64,000 nucleotides of DNA, from positions 213,372-277,371 of the forward strand of contig CAVULI010000007.1 in the NCBI GenBank assembly GCA_963742295.1. Direction: 5' to 3'. The translations under genes were made by a program, and so were the position numbers. The notes below the pieces were generated by a model. That model was not told the DNA's origin, searched no databases, and saw only the letters and a list, made by a program, of their open reading frames with translations. Of this stretch, positions 37,079-46,837 are shown piece by piece (the first letter of the stretch is position 1; the number at the start of each line of letters is the position of its first letter). This DNA comes from an uncultured Verrucomicrobiae bacterium. Lineage in GTDB: Bacteria; Verrucomicrobiota; Verrucomicrobiia; Chthoniobacterales; UBA10450.

Positions 37079-38893
37079 ATGGCACAAATTACCAGGATAG
37101 ATTTTGCAATCGGCATCGGCGGCGAGAACGGCCAGGGCATCGCTTCCACCGGGGACATTCTCGCTCGCATCTTTGCGCGGCGCGGGCTCCATCTCAATGC
37201 CTACAACGCCTACCAATCGATCATTCGTGGCGGGCACACTTTCCTGACCATTCGCGCGAGCGACGGGCCCGTGCGCAACATGGGGGACAAGATCGATGTC
37301 TTCATTCCGCTCAATCAGGACACGATGGATCGCCATCTGCATTTGTTGAAGGCGGGCGCGTGCGCCATTTACGACAGCGAGAAAATCACCCCGGGGCAGA
37401 CGGCCGACGGCGTGCAGCTTTGCCCGATGCCGATGAAGGAATTGACGCAGGGCAACAAGCTGGCCATCAACACCGCCGCGCTCGGCGCCACGCTTCAGTT
37501 GCTCGGCATCGAATCGGAGCCGCTCGAATCGGTCGTTACCCGACAGTTCAAAAAGAAAGGCGACGCAGTCGTGGCCCAGAACATTGCGGTGGCGCGGGCC
37601 GGTTACGATTACGCGGCGAAAAATTTCAAGGCGTTTCCGTGGAAGACGCCGGTAGGGGCGAAGCCGTTAGGCGTCGTCACAGGCAACCAGGCGACCGCCA
37701 TGGGCGGAGCGGCCGCGGGCGTAAAATTCTACGCGGCCTATCCGATGAGCCCGTCGACCGGCGTGCTGATGTGGATGGCGGCGCACGCGCGGCAGCTCGG
37801 CATCATGGTGCGGCAGGTCGAAGACGAGATCGGCGTGATGAACATGGTCATCGGCGCGGCCCATGCCGGTTGCCGTTCCATGTGCGCGACCAGCGGCGGC
37901 GGCTTTGCCTTAATGTCGGAAGCCATTGGCATGGCGGGCATGATCGAAACGCCCATCGTCTGCGTCGATGTGCAACGCGCCGGACCGGCCACAGGTGTGC
38001 CGACCAAGACCGAGCAAGGCGATCTCTGGCAGATACTCGGTGCGGGCCAGGGCGATTATCCGAAGTTGGTCGTGGCTCCGTCGAGCCAGCTCGATTTATT
38101 CCGGACGATTCCGGAGCTGTTCAACCTCTGCGACAAATACCAATGCCCGGGCTTGGTCCTGGCTGACCTGCTCATCTCCGAAGGAACATCGAGCATTGAT
38201 CCCGACGACCTCGACTTCAACGTGAAGATCGATCGCGGCGAATTGATTCTGCCTAACGAGACCAATAATGGCGCCAATTCCGCCAGCGGCTACAACGACA
38301 AGGCTTACCTCCGTTTCAAGAACACCGAGAGCGGTATCTCGCCGCGCGCCGTGCCCGGCGTGCCTGGTCACATCTTCACCGCGGCCACCGATGAGCACGA
38401 CGAAGACGGCACGCTCGTCAGCGACGAATTTACCAACCCGAACATTCGCCGAATGATGGTGGAGAAACGCGGCCGCAAAATGCAGGCGGCGATTAACGAC
38501 ATCGCTCCGCCGAAACTTTTCGGCCCGGACAACGCCGCCGTCACGCTGGTCGGCTGGGGTTCGACTGATGGCGTGATTCGCGAAGCGGTCGAGAAGCTCG
38601 CCGGCGAAGAAGGCATCGTGGCCAACCACCTTCCGATCAAATGGATCATTCCATTCCACGCCGCCGAGATCAGCCGCATCCTTTCGCAGAGCAAGCATGT
38701 CATCATTGTCGAGAACAGCTACAGCGGCCAGTTCGCCCGATACCTCCGGAGCGAGACCGGCTTCGACGCGCACGGCCACATTCGCAAGTACGACGGCGAA
38801 CCGTTCATGCCACATCACATTGTCGAAGCGGTCAAAGCACAACTGGCCGGCAAGACAAAACTGTCGGTCCCAGTCCACGAAGTCCTAGCCTAA
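37079..38893 (+). CDS. korA: 2-oxoacid:ferredoxin (acceptor) oxidoreductase, alpha subunit
   Basis: About 605 aa with N-terminal IGGENGQGIASTGDILARIF...IRGGH and pyruvate:ferredoxin oxidoreductase core domains. The TAA stop lies inside a motif copy. Confidence 0.88.
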   Translation: MAQITRIDFAIGIGGENGQGIASTGDILARIFARRGLHLNAYNAYQSIIRGGHTFLTIRASDGPVRNMGDKIDVFIPLNQDTMDRHLHLLKAGACAIYDSEKITPGQTADGVQLCPMPMKELTQGNKLAINTAALGATLQLLGIESEPLESVVTRQFKKKGDAVVAQNIAVARAGYDYAAKNFKAFPWKTPVGAKPLGVVTGNQATAMGGAAAGVKFYAAYPMSPSTGVLMWMAAHARQLGIMVRQVEDEIGVMNMVIGAAHAGCRSMCATSGGGFALMSEAIGMAGMIETPIVCVDVQRAGPATGVPTKTEQGDLWQILGAGQGDYPKLVVAPSSQLDLFRTIPELFNLCDKYQCPGLVLADLLISEGTSSIDPDDLDFNVKIDRGELILPNETNNGANSASGYNDKAYLRFKNTESGISPRAVPGVPGHIFTAATDEHDEDGTLVSDEFTNPNIRRMMVEKRGRKMQAAINDIAPPKLFGPDNAAVTLVGWGSTDGVIREAVEKLAGEEGIVANHLPIKWIIPFHAAEISRILSQSKHVIIVENSYSGQFARYLRSETGFDAHGHIRKYDGEPFMPHHIVEAVKAQLAGKTKLSVPVHEVLA

Positions 38894-38899
38894 CGAATC

Positions 38900-39823
38900 A
38901 TGAGCGCAACAGTTGAACCAGTAGTTAGTCCAACCACTGAGCCCGGTCAGTTAACCAAGGATACTTACCGCGGCCGGATCCATCCTGATTGGTGTCCCGG
39001 CTGCGGCGATTTCTCCGTGCTCGCCGCGCTCCAAACCGCGATGTTCGAGCTAGGTCTCCAGCCGCATCAAGTCTGCGTCGTTAGCGGCATCGGCTGCTCC
39101 TCGAACCTGCCAGGCTACGTCAACACCTATGGCATGCACACGCTGCACGGCCGCTCGCTCGCCGTGGCCACCGGCCTCAAGCTCGGCAATCACGAATTGA
39201 AAGTCATCTGCACCGGCGGCGATGGCGACGGTTACGGCATCGGCGGCAACCATTTCGTTCACACCATGCGCCGCAACGTCGACCTGACCTACATCGTGAT
39301 GGACAACCAGATTTATGGCCTAACGACCGGTCAATGCTCGCCTACCAGCGTCAAAGGCATGAAGACCAAGAGCACGCCTTACGGCAACGTGGAAAACCCG
39401 ATCAACCCGATCCCGATGGCCATCGTCGGTGGTGCGACCTACGTAGCCCGCGCCTTCAGCGGCAAACAGAAACACATGGTCGAAATGATTAAGGGCGCTA
39501 TTCAACACAAAGGCTTCGCACTGGTGGACGTGTTCAGTCCCTGCGTCACCTACAATAAGGACAACACCTACCAGTGGTTCAATCCGCGCGTAAAGATATT
39601 GGAGGAACAAGGCCACGACCCGACCGATCTGCACAAGGCGATCGACCGCGGCTATCAATGGGGCGAAGAAATCCCGATCGGCCTCTTCTGGCGCCGCACT
39701 GACTTGCCGACCTTGGAAGAGTTAGAGCCCGTCCTGCACACCGGCGAAGGTCCGCTTGGCTATCGCAGCAACATCGGCATCGCTGCGGAACAGGCGAAAG
39801 CGCTCGTTAACGAGTTGCTCTAA
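38900..39823 (+). CDS. korB: 2-oxoacid:ferredoxin (acceptor) oxidoreductase, beta subunit (TPP-binding)
   Basis: 307 aa with WCPGCGDFSVL and GGDGDGYGIGGNH. Confidence 0.9.
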   Translation: MSATVEPVVSPTTEPGQLTKDTYRGRIHPDWCPGCGDFSVLAALQTAMFELGLQPHQVCVVSGIGCSSNLPGYVNTYGMHTLHGRSLAVATGLKLGNHELKVICTGGDGDGYGIGGNHFVHTMRRNVDLTYIVMDNQIYGLTTGQCSPTSVKGMKTKSTPYGNVENPINPIPMAIVGGATYVARAFSGKQKHMVEMIKGAIQHKGFALVDVFSPCVTYNKDNTYQWFNPRVKILEEQGHDPTDLHKAIDRGYQWGEEIPIGLFWRRTDLPTLEELEPVLHTGEGPLGYRSNIGIAAEQAKALVNELL

Positions 39824-39888
39824 TTTAGTTGCGACGAGGCTCCCGTTTAGGACCGGCCTCCAGTTGAAATCGAGCTAATCCGAGCTGC

Positions 39889-41328
39889 TCAGAACGACAG
39901 ATTGGACCACGGATTCGTCGTCCCGACTCCCGCTCCGCCGGTGTCACCAAGGATAGCGACGCTGTCCGGGGCGAGGACGATTGGGCCGACCTTGTTACCG
40001 GCGACAATATCATAGTTGTTGGTCGTGTTGCCGCTCGCGCTGTTGCGGATGATCAAGCTTCCGGCGATGTCCACATCGATGCCAATATCGTTGTCCGTCA
40101 CGTTGTTGCCTTCGATGCGGCAATCGGAGCTGGTGACGTGAATGCCAGCGCCGACGCCCGCCCCTGCACCGTTGCCATCGCAGGTGTTATCGGCGACGCG
40201 GCAATCGGACGAGGTGGAGATGCCGTCTCCCGTGTTCGCCCGCGACGTGCAATGCGTGACGATACAGCCAAAGCCAGCCGCAATGCCGTCATCGCCGTTG
40301 GCGGCCGCGGCGCAACCGTTCACGACCGATCCATCGGATGCGGCGATACCATCGCCACCATTTTCGCGAGCGGTCGAACTGGTAACGGTGCCCGCAATCA
40401 CATTGATCCCGACGGTATCGTTACTCCAGGCGGAGCACGCATCGACGGTGGACGTCGCGCCGGCGTTGATCCCGATTCCATGATTATCGTTGGCGGTGCA
40501 GTGGGCAATGACCCCGCCCTCACCGACGACGATGCCGGTGGTGTTGTCGTTGGCGTGACAATGCGAAACGTTGCCGCCATCGCCGGCGCTGATACCCGTT
40601 CCTGTATTAAGTGTCGCATTGCAATTGGAGACCGTGCCACGGCCACCCGTGACCACAATTCCTCCACCACCATTGGTCTCAGCTTCGCAGTTGGAAATGG
40701 TCGAGTTCGTTCCGGCGGCAATGCCACTCCCAGTGTTCACGCTGGTGACGGTATTCTGGATGACCACGTCGTTGCTGGTGGTGATGCCATTGAGTGTGCA
40801 GCTGCTGATGATGCAGTGGTCAATCACCGTTCCCGAGTTGACCTTGATGCCGGAGCCCGTGATCGAATTGATGTGGAGATTGACGAAGCGATCGAAGGCA
40901 CTCAGGTCGCCCTTGATGCCGTCAGAGGCCCAGCTGCGGAGGCTGCCGTCCTTGATCGTGATCCCGGTCAATCCACCGGCACCACCATTGTTGAGATCGA
41001 TGCCCGCGAGAGAACCGGCCACGCCCAGCATCTGAAAACCGTTGAGATCGATCGTGACGTTATTGGCGGTCACTTCAATTCCCGATTTGCCGACGACACC
41101 CTGCACGTTCTGCACGAGGTAATACGAGCCTGATTGCGTGATCTTGAAGACCGAATCAGCGTCGCCGGGCGTGTTGGTCGAGTTGATGGGGATGCGTGGT
41201 TCCACCTGATCGAGCGTTTTCATCGTTGGCGCGGGCGCGCCCGGTGGAGTTAGAGAACCTTGTGCCAGGATTGATACCGTTGAGGCCAGGAGGATGAGAG
41301 CAGTAGCCAGTGGGAGATTTTGTTTCAT
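39889..41328 (-). CDS. Secreted right-handed parallel beta-helix repeat protein
   Basis: Signal peptide MKQNLPLATALILLASTVSILAQG, followed by many repeats of about 22 aa of the type N-x-x-x-GI-x-x-x-x-x-x-x-V-x-x-C-x-A-x-x-N. Confidence 0.65.
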   Translation of the reverse strand: MKQNLPLATALILLASTVSILAQGSLTPPGAPAPTMKTLDQVEPRIPINSTNTPGDADSVFKITQSGSYYLVQNVQGVVGKSGIEVTANNVTIDLNGFQMLGVAGSLAGIDLNNGGAGGLTGITIKDGSLRSWASDGIKGDLSAFDRFVNLHINSITGSGIKVNSGTVIDHCIISSCTLNGITTSNDVVIQNTVTSVNTGSGIAAGTNSTISNCEAETNGGGGIVVTGGRGTVSNCNATLNTGTGISAGDGGNVSHCHANDNTTGIVVGEGGVIAHCTANDNHGIGINAGATSTVDACSAWSNDTVGINVIAGTVTSSTARENGGDGIAASDGSVVNGCAAAANGDDGIAAGFGCIVTHCTSRANTGDGISTSSDCRVADNTCDGNGAGAGVGAGIHVTSSDCRIEGNNVTDNDIGIDVDIAGSLIIRNSASGNTTNNYDIVAGNKVGPIVLAPDSVAILGDTGGAGVGTTNPWSNLSF

Positions 41329-41467
41329 AACGGGACAAATCTTGACAGTTTCCGGGAGCAAAGTGGAGCCTGATCTTCACTTCTAAGGTTAACGAAAACG
41401 TAATTCGGCGGTTAGGAACCAGCTGCATTCGAAGGTGGCTAACGTTGCCTCGTTACTGGACTTGTAT

Positions 41468-41914
41468 ATGAGAAAATTAGTGATTCTCGTTCTCTTCGCG
41501 ATGTCGCTTTCCTCGGCGTTTGCGAAGGGAGGGGGAATCCTAAACTCTTCATATGAAGACGTCGCGGCCCTTCTGGGTGAGCCATCCAGCCACGATCAGG
41601 GAAAAGTGTCGAAGGTGGAATACGATCGATGCCACTTCGAGACGAAGGGGTGGAAAACGGCGGTCCTGTTCATCGACGGCCGAGCACAAAAATTCGAGAC
41701 CGAAAAAGCTGACGGTTCACCGCTAAACGCCGAGGAGCAGACGGCAATCCTCGACACCTATGACTTGCCTAACACAACGCAGAACTCGGGAGTGCGTGGC
41801 TGGCGTGAATTAGGCGAGAATCATCTCATCCGTCGCGATGGCCGCGTGCACGTCATGAAGCATCTCGGTTCCATGACTGTTTTCCTGGACGACCTTCCTC
41901 GCGACTTCTGGTGA
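41468..41914 (+). CDS. Hypothetical secreted protein
   Basis: Signal peptide MRKLVILVLFAMSLSSAFA. Lies in a stretch that looks lower in GC by eye. No family recognised. Confidence 0.4.
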   Translation: MRKLVILVLFAMSLSSAFAKGGGILNSSYEDVAALLGEPSSHDQGKVSKVEYDRCHFETKGWKTAVLFIDGRAQKFETEKADGSPLNAEEQTAILDTYDLPNTTQNSGVRGWRELGENHLIRRDGRVHVMKHLGSMTVFLDDLPRDFW

Positions 41915-41935
41915 GAGTTCCCTATTCCGTATTCG

Positions 41936-42502
41936 CTAGTTCTTCTTGAGAATATGTAACAGCTCTGAAACCTCATACGGCAGTCCGGTTTCGTACATTT
42001 TCTTCTCTTGCTCAGCATGAGTGGCCGGCTCATCGCTCCGGTCTTCAATCTTGATGATCTTGTCATCATGAAAGTACAACTCTTTGCCCGGCTGGCCCCT
42101 GTCCTGGCCTTCCTGCTTTAGACCTTTGTTTTGAATGAAGGCAAACACGAGCTTGTTATCCATCAAGTAGAACTCTTCCGATCTTCCACTGTAGCCGAGG
42201 TGAGGGTAGAGCTGAATTCTGACGAGCTTTGATCCTTCGTAGTAGGCAGCCATTTTCTCCCACTTCTGCTTGATCGTTTCTTTTACGTTATCGCCCGTAA
42301 GTGCCACTTCTTTCCTGGTGAACTTGTTATCTACAAGCTTCTGCTCTCCCTCTTCCCGGTATTTCGCAATCTTAGCAATTATCTCATCCTTGTTAACCGT
42401 GGTCTCTGTTTTCTGCTTCGGATCGGCCTTCTTCTCCTGAGCATAAGTCACCGATGGTGCCGCTACGAATACTAGCAATATCACGCCAAGAATCCTCTTC
42501 AT
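41936..42502 (-). CDS. Hypothetical secreted protein
   Basis: Signal peptide MKRILGVILLVFVAAPSVTYA. Lys/Glu-rich, in the lower-GC stretch. No family recognised. Confidence 0.4.
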   Translation of the reverse strand: MKRILGVILLVFVAAPSVTYAQEKKADPKQKTETTVNKDEIIAKIAKYREEGEQKLVDNKFTRKEVALTGDNVKETIKQKWEKMAAYYEGSKLVRIQLYPHLGYSGRSEEFYLMDNKLVFAFIQNKGLKQEGQDRGQPGKELYFHDDKIIKIEDRSDEPATHAEQEKKMYETGLPYEVSELLHILKKN

Positions 42503-42740
42503 GATAATCCTTTAGTTAATAGTGGAGGATACTGCGCGTCATGTTCCGTCCTATTGCGCCTTAGCTCCAAGTGAATCCTTATGGAACGAATACCATGGAT
42601 TTCCCCAAATGCACTACTGGTTATCCGCCTTGATCGAGAGCTTCGGCAAAGATATCGGTCCTGCCCGTAATCACGGATGCGCGGGCGGACCCGGAAAAGC
42701 CTTCCTGCGCGTGCGCGTCACGCGCACGGATCTTTGGCGA

Positions 42741-44151
42741 CTAGAATTGGAAGTAAACGAACGGAATCTTTTCCGTCACGGAGAATAGCTCCAATGCGAG
42801 GAGAGCAGTCGCGTAGGCTGGAACTTTGATCCAGGCCGGCGCAAAGCTGATGCGCTCGATGACGGAGTTGCGTTCTTCCACGACAGCTATGACGAAAGCA
42901 ATAGCCGCGAGCGTGAGAATGCCGGAACCAAATATCAGCTTCGCCCGCTGGTCCGCGCAGGTCGAACATTGTGCGTATGATGACAGTGGTATCGGAAAAC
43001 GTGCGGGCGCGAAAGAAAGCGGTGCCGATTGGCAACAGGACAAAAGTCGTGGCGATATTGATGGGTGCGAAGTAACGGCTGGTCATGATGCGATCGAGCG
43101 TGGTGCCCTGGCTGGCGCGCTCGAAGGATTGCCACGCGATCATGCGCATTCCCCAGTAGGCGCCCCACAGGACAAAGGTCCAACTCGCGCCGTGCCACAA
43201 GCCGGCCAGCACCATGGTGACGAAAAGCGCACGATAAGCAGCGAAAGGTCCGCGCCATAACCTCGCGAGTGGAAAGAAAAGATAATCGCGCAGCCAGTGT
43301 GAAAGCGTGATGTGCCAGCGCTGCCAGAATTCCGCCGCGTTCTGCGCCAGGTAAGGCCGGGTGAAGTTTTGCGGGAACTCGAAGCCGAGAAGTTTGGCGC
43401 AGCCGCGGGCGATATCGGTGTAGCCGGAAAAATCAAAGTAGATTTGCATCCCAAAGGCAAAGGTGCCCGACCAGGCAGCGAGATATCCCGGGTGCGCGGC
43501 GATGTTGCCAAAGTAGGCATCGGAGACGAGCGCGAAGTGATCGGCAAAGACCATCTTCTTGACCAGGCCCAGCAGGATTAACGTGATGCCTTGTTGAACG
43601 ACGAGTCCGGAAGGTGATTTCCAGTCCTGCACCTGACCCATGAACTGCCGCGCGCGAATAATCGGTCCGGAGATAAGGTGGGGAAAGAATGCAATGAAGA
43701 AGGCATAGTCGATCAAGCTCCGCACCGCCGGAATTCTCCGTCGATAGACGTCGATGGTGTAGGAGAGGCTGGCGAAGGTGTAGAAGCTAATCCCGATCGG
43801 CAGGACAATGCGAAGCAGGAATGAGTCTTCCGGGAGACCTAGCAGGGTAGCTAACGAGGCCGCGAAGAAGTTGTAGTACTTGAAGAAGCCAAGCAGTCCA
43901 AGGTTCAGAACCAAACTAAGAACGAGAAGTAGTTTGCGGCGCGATGGCTTGGCGTTTTCGAGGGCAAGGCCGAGCAAGTAGTCCACGATCGTGGAAGCCA
44001 GAATGAGAATGATGAGGCGAGGATTCCAACTGGCGTAGAAGTAGTAGCTGGCTGCCAGGACAAAGATTTTGCCGTAACGGAAAGGCAGCGAGTAGAAGCC
44101 GATCAGCACAACGACGAAGAAGATCCAATATCCGATCGTGTTGAAGAGCAT
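42741..44151 (-). CDS. MBOAT-family O-acyltransferase (AlgI/DltB-like); reading frame interrupted at about 42950
   Basis: Multi-pass membrane protein with MBOAT His-region motifs. The canonical C-terminus ...KIPFVYFQF is only reached in frame +1 (track ORF 42741..43043). The main ORF (42718..44151) ends in an Arg/His/Cys-rich out-of-frame tail. Confidence 0.82.
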
Positions 44152-44158
44152 GGCAGGT

Positions 44159-45373
44159 TTAGGGCGGTGTAACTGCGTCGGCCGTTTCGACTTTGCTCGA
44201 AAACTGGAAACGGCCCAGTAGTTCGTCGGTCAGGATCTCGGTGAAGATGGCGCGACCGCTTGCGTTCAAGTGCGAGCGGTCGAAAAAGAATTCCGGACGT
44301 TCGAGGCGATCGAACAGGTGAGAATCGAGCGCGACCGAGCCGTCGCCGCGGGCAAACGTGCCGATCGAGTTTTCTCTCGTTAGGCTATCGTTCGGCGCGC
44401 CCAGCGGCCCGCGCGGCATCTGCACAAAAACAATGGTGGTGTCGCTCCGCTCGTAACGATCAAGAATGCGGCGCAGCCATTTGCTGCGGTACTTCTTGAA
44501 CAGGCCGCGCTCCTTGCCCGGCTTGATGCTGGCCAGGAGCGAAGGTCGCAGTTCGGCCAGTTGTTCCGGCACGAAGACTTCCTTCGTTGCTGGATCAACC
44601 GAAACGCCGACGAGGTTCTTCTCGCTGCCCGCGTATTCGTAGCGCGCCTTTAGAAAATCGGAATCGGCCCGCTGCAATTGGAAGCGCGCGCTCGAATTGT
44701 TCAGTAGATCATGCAGGTCATCGCGAAAGGCATAACCACGCAGGATGCACGAGACGAAAGCACGACATTGGGCGGGCCATTTCGTGAATGAGCGCGCGAA
44801 ATCGAAAGCGTCCGTGTAACGGAGGAACGGTGCGGCGAGGGAAATGTCGTCGGCGTTGTTGATCAGAGCATTTCCGCGGTCCACATCGGCGTAACGGATC
44901 GGAATGACAATGGCATGGTAACGGTCGGCGTGCGGATCCAATTCGCGCAGGATGTAATACCAGACGCGCAGCTCACATTGAAACGCAGCCAGGTTAATGA
45001 ATCTAAGATTGGCTTTCGTGGCCCGCGCATCGGCCGCCTTGGCCGAGAAGGCCTCGAACATTTGCGAATCGCCGAGCAGCGCGATTTCTCGCGTCGTCTC
45101 CGACCTGGGCCGCGCGCGCTCCTGCGCGACCAGAAGGGCGATGTTGCCGGCAAAGGAATCCCGTTTCAAAAACGCGGTGTAGAAACCGCTATGAAAGACG
45201 GCGCCGTCAATGACGAAGAGCGCGGTCAAGCCAAGGAAGAAATGAAGGAGAATTGTGCCTAACGAGTAATCGCGTTGGCGTGGGGGACTGGCCACCGTTG
45301 CCTTCGGTCCGGCGCTGTAGTAGAGGCCCGCGTAAAGCGCGACACCGACGACAGCGAAAATAAGAGCTTGCAT
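44159..45373 (-). CDS. Membrane-anchored hypothetical protein, upstream partner of the MBOAT gene
   Basis: 404 aa with two N-terminal TM segments and an 8-nt gap to the MBOAT start. MBOAT operons commonly carry such accessory proteins. No family assigned with confidence. Confidence 0.5.
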   Translation of the reverse strand: MQALIFAVVGVALYAGLYYSAGPKATVASPPRQRDYSLGTILLHFFLGLTALFVIDGAVFHSGFYTAFLKRDSFAGNIALLVAQERARPRSETTREIALLGDSQMFEAFSAKAADARATKANLRFINLAAFQCELRVWYYILRELDPHADRYHAIVIPIRYADVDRGNALINNADDISLAAPFLRYTDAFDFARSFTKWPAQCRAFVSCILRGYAFRDDLHDLLNNSSARFQLQRADSDFLKARYEYAGSEKNLVGVSVDPATKEVFVPEQLAELRPSLLASIKPGKERGLFKKYRSKWLRRILDRYERSDTTIVFVQMPRGPLGAPNDSLTRENSIGTFARGDGSVALDSHLFDRLERPEFFFDRSHLNASGRAIFTEILTDELLGRFQFSSKVETADAVTPP

Positions 45374-45434
45374 ACCACCAGAGAGATAGGGGACGACAGT
45401 TAGCCGCGTTTCGCTTCAGTTCCTTTTCAATTCC

Positions 45435-46664
45435 ATGTCGAGGCTTGTTTCTCTCCTGCGCGAAAATCCCATCGTCATTACGGGCATGGGTGCATTCTCA
45501 GCCGGTGGTGCCACGGTCGACAAGCTTTGGCAATCGGCACTTGGCGGAAAGGGAACCGCGCGCACCATTTCCTTTCAGAATGTCGAACGCTCCTATCCCG
45601 CCTGCGTTGCGCCCGAGATCGATTTCTCCCGCGAGGCGGTGCGCCGGCTGCGCCGCCTCGATCGTTGCGTGCAAATGGGATGGGTCGCAGCGAAGGAGGC
45701 GATCGATCAAGCGCACCTGCTCGATGCCTATGGCGCGAATCGCGTTGGCGTAATTGTCGGCACGGCGCGCGGGCCGGCCTCGAAAATTTTTGCGGCGGCA
45801 AATTTGCCGGCGAATCAAAAGCCGCTGCCGTCTGTCGTGGCCGACAATTCTTTTACGTCGCTCAGTGGAGCGCTGGCGCGTTCCTTCGGCTTTCATGGGC
45901 CATGCGTTACACTCGCCGCGACCTGCGCTTCCGCCGCAGTCGCGATCGCGCAAGGCGCCGAACAAATCCTGCTCGACCGCGCCGATGCCGTGCTTGTCGG
46001 CGGCACCGAGGCGCCTTTGCAATGGCAGAGTCTGCGGCAATTTGAAGCGGCCGATGTTATCGCAACGCACGAAGATCCCGCGCAGGCCTGCCGGCCTTTC
46101 GATACGCATCGCAGCGGTCTGGTCCTGGGCGAGGGGAGCGCCTTTCTGGTTCTGGAGTCGTTAGACTCCGCGCGGCAAAGAGGAGCTGCGGCTCTGGCGC
46201 GATTAGTAGGCTGGGCCTACGGTTGTGATGTCTCCAGTCGAACCGCGACGGCCGGTGATGGTGTCGTTCGCGTAGTAGAACAAGCTTTACGCACAGCAGA
46301 GCTAGGTCCCGAGAAGATTGATTACGTAAACCTTCATGGGACCGGCACACTGCTCGGTGACGTCTCCGAAGCGGAAGCGATGCGCCGCGTCTTTGCTGGC
46401 GAAGCTGCGGAAGTGCCTTGTAGCTCGACAAAACCCATCACTGGTCATTGCCTTGGTGCTACACCCGCCTTGGAGGCTGTCATATCCATTGAGGCTTTGC
46501 GTGAACAGAGGGTTCCGCCGAACGCTAATTGTCCGCACCCCGATCCTTCCTGTCACCTCAACCTGGTGCAAACAGCGCAATCCATGCGGCTGGAAACAGT
46601 CATGTCCAATTCGTTAGGTTTCTGGGGCCAGTATGCTTCGCTTCTATTTGCCAAGGCGAGCTAG
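45435..46664 (+). CDS. Beta-ketoacyl-[ACP] synthase family protein (KAS I/II-like)
   Basis: 409 aa with active-site Cys in ATCASAAVAIAQG and His motifs in HGTGTLLGD and KPITGHCLGA. Confidence 0.85.
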   Translation: MSRLVSLLRENPIVITGMGAFSAGGATVDKLWQSALGGKGTARTISFQNVERSYPACVAPEIDFSREAVRRLRRLDRCVQMGWVAAKEAIDQAHLLDAYGANRVGVIVGTARGPASKIFAAANLPANQKPLPSVVADNSFTSLSGALARSFGFHGPCVTLAATCASAAVAIAQGAEQILLDRADAVLVGGTEAPLQWQSLRQFEAADVIATHEDPAQACRPFDTHRSGLVLGEGSAFLVLESLDSARQRGAAALARLVGWAYGCDVSSRTATAGDGVVRVVEQALRTAELGPEKIDYVNLHGTGTLLGDVSEAEAMRRVFAGEAAEVPCSSTKPITGHCLGATPALEAVISIEALREQRVPPNANCPHPDPSCHLNLVQTAQSMRLETVMSNSLGFWGQYASLLFAKAS

Positions 46665-46701
46665 GGTGACGGGATGGATGCGTTCGCGCAAATAGCGCGC
46701 A

Positions 46702-46776
46702 ATGGTGCGCGCTACAGGGTTCGAACCTGTGACTTCTTGCGTGTGAAGCAAGCGCTCTACCACTGAGCTAAGCGCG
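46702..46776 (-). tRNA. tRNA-Val (anticodon CAC), CCA encoded
   Basis: GCGCGCT-TA-GCTC-AGTGGTA-GAGC-G-CTTGC-TTCACAC-GCAAG-AAGTC-ACAGG-TTCGAAC-CCTGT-AGCGCGC-A-CCA. Confidence 0.9.
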
Positions 46777-46837
46777 CGAAAGAGCGATTAAGTTAGTTGC
46801 ACTCGTGCCCGATGCCAGAAAAAATGCAGGAGAAATC

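Noticed and set aside
46702-46776. A genomic island or prophage integrated at tRNA-Val or tRNA-Pro.
   Set aside because: No integrase, excisionase or phage genes and no direct repeat of the tRNA-Val 3' end were found nearby. The flanking genes are ordinary chromosomal functions.
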